Positions 1 through 5,843 of a stretch of DNA of 6,400 nucleotides are shown here, one piece after another. Below the pieces are notes generated by a model. It was given only the letters and a program-made list of their open reading frames with translations. It was not told where the DNA came from and ran no database searches. How positions within the stretch are numbered: position 1 is the first letter of the stretch; the number at the start of each line of letters is the position of its first letter. The translations under genes were made by a program, and so were the position numbers. The DNA is from Octopus sinensis (taxonomy: Eukaryota): contig NW_021829380.1 in the NCBI RefSeq assembly GCF_006345805.1, positions 1-6,400 on the forward strand. Reading direction: 5' to 3'.

Positions 1-147
1 TAGAATAAGAGCAGTTACAAACGAGTGAAGTACGAATATATAGTGTGTGTGTTCATTTGACAAAGAAATACGGTCATCCCGAAATACAACAAAATCTGTT
101 TCAACACACGGTTTCAAATCAGAAATCTGCAACACAAATTTAAAAGG

Positions 148-178
<31 letters not shown>

Positions 179-202
179 TATATATCTATATATTGATATA
201 TT
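148..202. repeat. (TA)n microsatellite, probably the 3' tail of the adjacent minus-strand LINE
   Basis: Near-pure TA run with a few interruptions, directly abutting the LINE 3' end at 204. Confidence 0.95.
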
Positions 203-203
203 C

Positions 204-545
204 ATGGTGGTTGTCTACTCTTATAAAGAGTTGACTACCTCCTGTACTTACACCTTAGAACTATTATGGCATCTGATGTGGCTTTTTAAACCAGACAATG
301 TTTTGAAAAGACCCCCTCATAGATTGCACCATCGATTTGGACAACCAAGATTTGCTGTTAAGTTCTGCTCTTTGCGGATCTTAAAATGTCTTTTGAGGCC
401 TTTGTCGGATTTTCAGACCTTCTGGCATAAATTACATTGAAAGTTGTGCACAGATATGTGGGCAGAATAGTTGGTGGAGGTTCGTTTTCCATGTTTTCGC
501 AATATATGTTCGGATTTGTTTCTATGTAGAGTTATAATAAACATA
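204..545 (-). mobile_element. 5'-truncated LINE 3' end (probably RTE clade): degenerate ORF C-terminus with two C2H2 zinc fingers, short 3' UTR with stem-loop
   Basis: Minus-strand translation: ...HNFQ-CNLCQKV*KSDKGLKRHFKIR-KEQNLTANLGCPNRW-CNL*GGLFKTLSGLKSHIRCH-NSSKV*. This is two C-x2-C-x12-H-x3-H patterns with in-frame TGA at 415-413 and 319-317 and terminal TAA at 250-248, followed by a hairpin (209-239) and a (TA)n tail. C-terminal CxxC...GLxSH fingers are typical of RTE-clade ORFs. The 5' boundary is approximate. Confidence 0.7.
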
Positions 546-621
546 ATTTTACATTAAACTGAAGGGTTAATCAAAACGTTTGTAGAGTAAATATTATTAT
601 TTAGGTAAGAATAATGGCAAT

Positions 622-658
622 GTCTACGAAGTTTCGGCCTGCTTAGCTTTCGTCGGAC
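622..658 (-). ncRNA. Degenerate minimal type-I hammerhead-like motif (Penelope-type)
   Basis: Minus strand reads GUC-C[U missing]GACGA-A-AGCU(AAGCA)GGCC-GAAA-C(UUC)G-UA-GAC. Stem I is GUC/GAC, stem III is AC/GU and the triplet is GUA. One core base is missing and stem II has a closing mismatch. Confidence 0.4.
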
Positions 659-699
659 TATACTGGTGGATACCTTGAAGACACTGTCTAATAGAGGTT

Positions 700-927
700 C
701 TTTTACTCTTTTACTCTTTTACTTGTTTCAGTCATTTGACTGCGCCCATGCTGGAGCACCGCCTTTAGTCGAGCAAATCGACCCCAGGACTTACTCTTTG
801 TAAGCCTAGTACTTGTTCTATCGGCCTCTTTTGCCGAATCGCTAAGTTACGGTGACGTAAACATAACAACAGCGGTTGTCAAGCGATATTGGAGGGGCAA
901 ACACGGACACACAAACATATACACACA
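700..927 (-). mobile_element. tRNA-derived SINE, 3' half with (AGTAAAAG)3 tail
   Basis: (CTTTTACT)x3 at 700-723 is a tandem tail on the minus strand. The body (cagtcatttgactgcg..atgctggagcaccgcctttagtcgagcaaatcgaccccagg...caagcgat) matches from recall the 3' half of an abundant octopus SINE, whose CA/TA linker normally joins the segment found at 1854-2020. Confidence 0.8.
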
Positions 928-928
928 C

Positions 929-1120
929 TCCCTCCCTCTTCCCCTTCCTCTGCTCCCTCACTCCCTCTCTCCCCCTCTCCCTCTTTCCTCCTTCATCCCC
1001 CTCCTCCCCTTCCTTCTCCCCTTCCTCTCCTCTTCCCTCTTCTCCTCCCCCTCTTCTTCCCCTCCCCTCTCTCCCCCTCTCCCCCCTCCCCCTCTTCTCC
1101 CCCTCCCCCTCTTCTCCTCA
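929..1120. repeat. Polypyrimidine (C/T) low-complexity tract
   Basis: About 190 nt of almost only C and T on the + strand (purines only at 952, 960, 995 before 1120). It is the source of the Pro/Ser-rich and Gly/Arg/Glu-rich spurious ORFs. Confidence 0.95.
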
Positions 1121-1160
1121 CTACACCACATGACTTTACACATCACATCACATATGATGT

Positions 1161-1500
1161 GCCATACTAATACACACACAAACTAATACATACTAATACG
1201 TACTAATACATACTAGTACATACTAATACTTACACCAACCCTATACATACACACGTCCAGACCCCGCATACGCACTTATACTCTCTCACACACACAACAC
1301 CATACCTATACATACCAATACGTACTAATACATACTAATACATACTAATACATACACCAACCCCATACATACGCATGTCCAGACCAATCTTACGCACTAA
1401 TACTCTCTCATACAACATACAAACACACACACACACACCCTTATACATACTAATACATACCAACCCTATACATACACACATCCAGACCCCTCCCACGCAC
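1161..1500. repeat. Higher-order minisatellite: TACTAATACA decamers nested in ~103-122-bp units (about 3 copies)
   Basis: Decamer blocks lie at 1181-1230 (5), 1313-1352 (4) and 1448-1457 (1). Each is followed by caaccc..atacatac....tccagacc....acgcact. The TCCAG anchors are at 1256, 1378 and 1481 (periods 122 and 103). Confidence 0.9.
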
Positions 1501-1654
1501 TTTTAGCTGGTCCCTCAACCCATTTATCAAACCTATTATCTCCCCTTATTTCGCTCTCGCATCTCATGTTTGATCTTTGACCTCTGGCCGAAATCAGATC
1601 GCCATGTTGATTCGTTAGCTACTGCACGCATTTTTTTTCTCTCCTTCTTTCTTG

Positions 1655-1810
1655 TTTTTCTCTCTCTGTGTGTATCTTTCTGTTGAAGAGCGTAGGCTCG
1701 AAACGTTAAAGACTTGTTTTATTTATATTTCCTGAGCGCCATACTAATACAATTGTTCGTTTGTTTTCCACCTGCCTTCGTCTTTTGTTTATTTTCATAA
1801 AGCTTCCCGT
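1655..1810 (+). mobile_element. Penelope-like element terminal (pLTR-like) segment followed by (TA)n
   Basis: Carries the ...GAAGAGCGTAGGCTCGAAACGTT hammerhead signature typical of PLE termini, then a T-rich stretch and a (TA)n tail from 1811. No RT or GIY-YIG coding sequence is visible, so the family call rests on the motif and on recall. Confidence 0.55.
1675..1712 (+). ncRNA. Minimal type-I hammerhead ribozyme motif (one core substitution)
   Basis: Stem I is UCUUU (1675-1679)/AAAGA (1708-1712). The core is CUGUUGA (1680-1686; A6>U) plus A. Stem II is GAGC-GUAG-GCUC (1688-1699), then GAAA (1700-1703), a palindromic stem III ACGU and the triplet GUU. Confidence 0.7.
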
Positions 1811-1847
<37 letters not shown>

Positions 1848-1853
1848 ATATAT
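1811..1853. repeat. (TA)n/(CA) microsatellite
   Basis: Pure TA run at 1811-1838, then CA/TA linker. Confidence 0.95.
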
Positions 1854-1953
1854 ACGACGGGCTTCTTTCAGTTTCCGTCTACCAAATCCACTCACAAGGC
1901 TTTGGTCGACCCGAGGCTATAGTAGAAGACACTTGCCCAAGGTTCTACGCAGT

Positions 1954-1964
1954 GGGACTGAACC
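1954..1964 (-). promoter_or_regulatory. Pol III B box of the SINE head
   Basis: GGTTCAGTCCC versus consensus GGTTCRANNCC (one mismatch). Confidence 0.7.
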
Positions 1965-1996
1965 TAGAACCATGTGGTTGGTAAACAAGCTACATA

Positions 1997-2007
1997 CCAC
2001 ACAGCCA
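1997..2007 (-). promoter_or_regulatory. Pol III A box of the SINE head
   Basis: TGGCTGTGTGG versus consensus TRGCNNAGTGG. Confidence 0.65.
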
Positions 2008-2132
2008 CTCCTACGCCTATAGATTGCCTATTTTGCTTTCTTTGGGTTTAAAAAATATACACAAAATCATAACTTAATGCATACATACGTACACATATAT
2101 GTATGTATGTGTATAAGTATATATGCGTGTGT

Positions 2133-2185
2133 GTATGTATGTATGTATGTATGTATGTATGTATGTATGTATGTATGTATGTATG
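2133..2185. repeat. (GTAT)13 microsatellite
   Basis: Perfect tetranucleotide array; a degenerate extension runs upstream to about 2078. Confidence 0.95.
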
Positions 2186-2704
2186 ATTTTTCTTTGTGTC
2201 TAATTTAAGTTCTACTTCGGAGAGTTCAAGCCGGTTTCTAACAAAGCTACAAGACGTTTTGAATTAAGAGCGTTCCCTGTGTTTGTAAATAAGTGTTTGA
2301 GTTGGTGTGTTGGTCGAACTATCGATGCATACACCCAAGTGTATGCATTTATTCACATGAGAATTTAACAAGGAGAAATTCTGGAATGTCTTACATGTTT
2401 TCACTGTGCCACTAATAGACCGGATTTGGAGAATCCGCGACTATTTCTTTTCCTCCTTCTCATGAAACCAAGAGCTTCTATTTTTTTTGTGGAAATTCGT
2501 TGGTGTATGACCTAATGCTCCCATGATGATATGTACAAATGAAATTTCATAGTCAGGGTAGAAGAGGTGTAAGTTTGGCATCAATTTGCCATTATGTATG
2601 TCTTTGTTCATTTTTATTTCAGGATTTCTTGCCAATAGAGAAAGAGTCGGTTTCTAATCTAGATTCAAGGTTCATTCATTCGAATTTCAACATCAACAAC
2701 AGGG
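2186..2704 (-). mobile_element. 3' fragment of a restriction-like-endonuclease (RLE) non-LTR retrotransposon (R4/Dong/NeSL-like), pseudogenised
   Basis: Minus-strand translation: VVDVEI (2700-2683, other frame) ... ARNPEIKMNKDIHNGKLMPNLHLFYPDYEISFVHIIMGALGHTPTNFHKK/IEALGF/HEKEEKK*SRILQIRSISGTVKTCKTFQNF (to 2375), with TAA at 2266-2264. This matches the RLE C-terminus pattern D-V-x-I-P...K..KY..L...L..LYP.Y....PIVIGALG......L..LGF........LQ..SI.GTVKICKTF. It is the origin of supplied ORF 2441..2635. Confidence 0.8.
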
Positions 2705-2759
2705 TATGTATGTATATATGTATGTCTATGTATGGCTTATGTAACTGAGCTTGTCCGTT

Positions 2760-2940
2760 AAGTTCACCGTCATCAATTAACCGCAGGGAAAGTTCACCGT
2801 CATCAATTCACCATGTTTTCTTTTATTCTATTTTTTTTTCTTTATAAAATAGTTTTTAACTATTAATAGTGAAATACGACGGATATATTTTCTCGGTGAA
2901 CTTTCCTCGCGGCGAACAGTCAATTGGTGGCGATGAACTC
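2760..2940. mobile_element. Small foldback/MITE-like element with repeated subterminal motifs
   Basis: The perfect 19-bp direct repeat AAGTTCACCGTCATCAATT occurs at 2760-2778 and 2790-2808. Inverted arms: 2761-2778 vs 2922-2939 (15/18) and 2781-2799 vs 2894-2912 (17/19, including a perfect 13-bp GGAAAGTTCACCG/CGGTGAACTTTCC). The spacer is AT-rich. No clear TSD. Confidence 0.7.
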
Positions 2941-3363
2941 ACCTGAAATCGCAAATAATGCCGTATTGACGTAAAACAGCCATCTATGTATCATACATAA
3001 AATTTATAGACCGTTGGTAGTCCACTTCGTGCAGTATTTGTCTCGAAGTAATATCTCTTATGAACAAGTTATGTTAAAAGCACAATAAATAGCAGAGGAA
3101 AGAAGGAAAGCACATCTGTAGTGACCAGTTAAACAGTGACCATTCGCTAGATCAGTGAATGCTTTATTCATTGTTTGTGAATTCTTGACCAAGCACACGG
3201 CTAGCTGCAAGTACATGTTACCGAAAAGACTCCCAGGAGGTTAATATGCATCTAACGTTTTCCCTGGCGGAGGTTGAGGCAACTTTTCGTCTCGCTTCGA
3301 TATTTATTGAGTTTTTAAATACATTCATAGGACGAATATCGCAGTAACTGGCCTATCAATATG

Positions 3364-3427
3364 GTATATATCTATATGCATGTATGTATGTATGTATGTA
3401 TGTCTGTATGTATGTATGCATGTATTT

Positions 3428-3492
<65 letters not shown>

Positions 3493-3602
3493 TATTAATT
3501 ATGATATAAAGATGAGTATATGTTTGTATGTATGAATGTATGTATATGTATGTATATGTATGTACCTATATCTATATATGTATGTATATATAAATGTATA
3601 TA
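3364..3602. repeat. Compound microsatellite (TATG)n-(CA)n-(TA)n-(TATG)n
   Basis: Directly visible. Confidence 0.95.
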
Positions 3603-3625
3603 GGCATAAAAGTGCGCACAACTAT

Positions 3626-3655
3626 ACATTCGACTTCAGGTCGTCATCAGATGCT
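3626..3655 (-). ncRNA. Partial hammerhead-like core
   Basis: Minus strand reads AGCAU-CUGAUGA (3650-3644)-C-GAC(CUGAA)GUC-GAA-UGU. The core and stem II are perfect, but A15.1 and stem III are absent. Confidence 0.3.
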
Positions 3656-3809
3656 AATTTAAAACTAAATTTACGCAAATTTATAAAGAAAGTCACGACT
3701 AACTACCAACTCTTAAGATAGTTACAAGTAATATATGTAACTTGTATTGAGTACGATACATGAAAGTGGTCCGCTTCGATTGGAGGAGTTTTAACGATAT
3801 TACATACAT

Positions 3810-3925
3810 ATGTTCAGTCATACACACCTACTTACACATACAAATCTACATACATGCATATATATGCGTGTGTGTGTGTGTGTGTGGTGTGTGTGTGTGT
3901 ATGCATGTATGTACACACAAACATA
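3810..3925. repeat. Mixed (CATA)/(GT)n microsatellite
   Basis: (GT)n at about 3868-3900, flanked by CA/CATA runs. Confidence 0.85.
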
Positions 3926-3930
3926 CCTAA

Positions 3931-4863
3931 ACGCAGGTATGAGTCAGTAATTATCCGCAATGCACTTATGACTTTTTTCTTATTGGCGGGAAAAAAATCT
4001 ATCCATGCTATTAACACTTGACGTGGTCTCTTTCCATTCATTGTAGGTTTGAATTTGTATTCACCATAGCTTTGAAACTTCGAGAAAATTGTTGTTATAA
4101 TTGCATTTATCATAGCTACTCCATGTTCCCTTTTCCCTAATAAAGTTCATCGTTAAACTACTTTTTTTTTAGGGCCTAAGAATATCAAGGTGTAGTTTTT
4201 CCACTGGGGAGAGACTACGAATGAATAGACTGCAAATTGAAAAATGCTGGCACATTTGCCACTTACAAAAATGACGTCGGACTTTTGACCACTGTCCTGT
4301 GCTAGTGACAACCTTTAAAGTTTTCGTGATTTGCTTTATTGAACGGATAGATAGATGACTATTGATGAAGTGGCGAACATTTTGCAAATGTCGTCTATCA
4401 ATCAATTGTTTGCTCTACTCAAATATGTCTTAACAACTTAAGAGGTCGTCCATTTGCATGGAGCAAAAATTGAAGAAAGCGGTGCATACGTGACTCATCT
4501 CTGCTGAAAAGTTTTTTTTTTTCTAAAGGCATGAAATTCTCAGGCGAAAATGGACTGAATGCACTGAAAAGGAAGTAGACTATTTTTGCTGAAATGAATT
4601 TTTTAATAAAAGAATCGACAAAAAGAAAAAAGGTAAAAAAAAGATATTAACGAACGTTGCTTTCCTTCGGTACGAACACAAAGCGGAGTAGCTACGGTTA
4701 AATACAGAACAAAGACTAGTTAATTTGCTTGTTCGGGTTGAAACGTGAACAGGAGAGCCCAGACGAAGACCACGTTCAGCGCTGCATCTGTAGAGCTAAT
4801 TTTTCTTCTGCCAGTAAAAGAGATAAGCATAGCTGCATTGCGAATAATAAATACTCACTGTTA
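3931..4863 (+). mobile_element. Internally deleted, decayed mariner (Tc1/mariner) transposon with both TIRs
   Basis: The 5' TIR gagtcagtaattatccgcaat (3941-3961) is imperfectly inverted to attgcgaataataaatactc (4837-4856). Transposase relics: YE*IDCKLKNAGTFAT (4216-4263, cf. YEWxxKFKNGRTSV); DR*MTIDEVANILQM (4346-4390, cf. DRRVTIDEVA); QLFALLK (4403-4423, cf. HLFGPLK); LRGRPF (4438-4455); EQKLKKAVHT*L (4461-4496); WTECTEKEVDY (4551-4583, cf. RWTKCVEKQGDYVEK). Confidence 0.85.
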
Positions 4864-4922
4864 TGTGAGTGTTTGTGTTTGTGTATGTATGTGTGTGTAT
4901 GTGTGTGTGTGTTTGTGTGTGC

Positions 4923-4959
<37 letters not shown>
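4864..4959. repeat. (GT)n microsatellite
   Basis: Directly visible. Confidence 0.95.
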
Positions 4960-4962
<3 letters not shown>

Positions 4963-5084
4963 GCACTTTTGGTGCTATTGGCAACCTGTAAACAAATACA
5001 GTTTGTCACTGGGCTGGGCAGTTGAAAATCTGATGTAACACAAAGCGGAGCAGCTACGGTAAAATTTATAAGACCGCTTAAAAT

Positions 5085-5095
5085 GTGTGTGTGAG

Positions 5096-5132
<37 letters not shown>

Positions 5133-5140
5133 GTGAGAGA
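5085..5140. repeat. (GT)n microsatellite
   Basis: Directly visible; second copy within the duplication. Confidence 0.95.
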
Positions 5141-5512
5141 GGGCATTTTTGGTGCTATTGCCAACCTGTAAACAAATACAGTTTGTCACTGGGCTAAAAA
5201 CCTTCGACTTTGTTTCCATCCAATGCTGTAGGCTCGTTTGGGGGCATATACTTTAGAGTTCTTTAAGGAGAGAAATGGTTCAGTACAAACCATCTCCTTG
5301 CTTTAAGAAGCTTCAGGCACTGGCATCTTTCGACTTTTAGCATCTGTATTTTGTGATGCAGCCCATAACAAAATTCTTAGAGGAGACTAACATCGCCATA
5401 GCCATGCAAATATCTAACCATGACTGAAAGTCCACAGACTTGCAACTCGTGTTTTGAAAGAAAACTCAAATGACAGCATTGCCCGAAATCCAGCTCCGGC
5501 TCTCATATGCAC

Positions 5513-5513
<1 letters not shown>

Positions 5514-5556
<43 letters not shown>

Positions 5557-5603
5557 TGTGGGCGTGTATGTGTGTGTCTGTATATATATATAGAGAGAGA
5601 GAA
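5514..5603. repeat. Compound (GT)n-(TA)n-(GA)n microsatellite
   Basis: Directly visible. Confidence 0.95.
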
Positions 5604-5810
5604 AGAAGGAGAAATTGGTTGTTTAATTAACATAAATATAGGCACCGTCTAGCAGTCTACATTAGAATTTCGTTTAAGAATATCCTTTTCGGTATATTGA
5701 GTGGTTTGTAGCCCAATTTAGGTAAAATTTAAGTAGTTACCTATTTTTTTAGCTAATTAGTTAGTTGGTTAGAGTACGAAACTTTCTTTCGCGACAGAAC
5801 ATTGTATTTA

Positions 5811-5843
5811 CTGATGATTTGTTAACTTGCAACGAAACCGGTA
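5811..5843 (+). ncRNA. Minimal type-I hammerhead-like motif (Penelope-type), stem I unpaired
   Basis: CUGAUGA (5811-5817), stem II U-UUGU(UAACUU)GCAA-C with a U/C closing mismatch, GAAA (5834-5837), palindromic stem III ACCGGU and triplet GUA. AATAAA follows at 5870-5875 and a TA run at about 5907. The flanks do not form stem I. Confidence 0.5.

Larger units (their letters stand above)
1854..2020 (-). mobile_element. tRNA-derived SINE, 5' half (pol III head plus body)
   Basis: The minus strand starts ataggcgtaggagTGGCTGTGTGG (A box), continues ...ctaGGTTCAGTCCC (B box), then ccttgggcaagtgtcttc and ...tggatttggtagacggaaactgaaagaagcccgtcg. A/B spacing is tRNA-like. Confidence 0.85.
4675..5195. 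repeat. Partial tandem duplication (blocks A and B around (GT)n)
   Basis: Block A is 4675-4703 vs 5037-5065 (27/29). Block B is 4959-5015 vs 5139-5195 (55/57, offset 180). Each B copy is preceded by a (GT)n run. Confidence 0.92.

Noticed and set aside
204-247. SECIS element for the two TGA codons
   Set aside because: The hairpin lacks the AUGA/GA quartet and apical AA, and the UTR is too short.
246-251. Minus-strand GTAAGT donor suggesting a host zinc-finger exon
   Set aside because: It overlaps the ORF's own TAA. The upstream frame has two stops, and the downstream hairpin and (TA)n fit a LINE 3' end better.
204-440. + strand 78-aa ORF
   Set aside because: Antisense shadow of the LINE zinc-finger frame; no recognisable protein motif.
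876-1179. ORFs 876..1133, 889..1170 and 958..1179
   Set aside because: Translations of the C/T low-complexity tract.
1940-2020. Functional tRNA gene
   Set aside because: It has A/B boxes but no convincing cloverleaf, and it runs directly into SINE body sequence.
691-2025. Target-site duplication flanking the whole SINE
   Set aside because: Only a short, non-adjacent ATAGA match; not convincing.
3536-4113. ORFs 3536..3721 and 3832..4113
   Set aside because: Largely microsatellite-derived or antisense to the mariner 5' region; no domain signal.
4169-4405. Minus-strand 78-aa ORF
   Set aside because: Antisense to the mariner transposase relic.
4222-4493. TGA at two Trp codons of the mariner as A-to-I-rescuable stops
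   Set aside because: TGG>TGA is an ordinary transition. Additional frameshifts and loss of the catalytic core make rescue meaningless.
4675-5195. CRISPR-like repeat-spacer pattern
   Set aside because: Only two copies each of two different blocks, irregular spacing, microsatellite spacers and a eukaryotic context.
4452-5411. Two octamer motifs (ATTTGCAT 4452-4459, ATGCAAAT 5404-5411)
   Set aside because: Compatible with chance in AT-rich DNA. One lies inside mariner coding relic, and there is no associated snRNA gene or PSE.
4729-5652. CV/HT-repeat ORFs (4729..5025, 4745..4960, 4776..5219, 4796..4984, 5470..5652)
   Set aside because: (GT)n/(CA)n translations. The repeated peptide in the 147-aa ORF only reflects the block B duplication.
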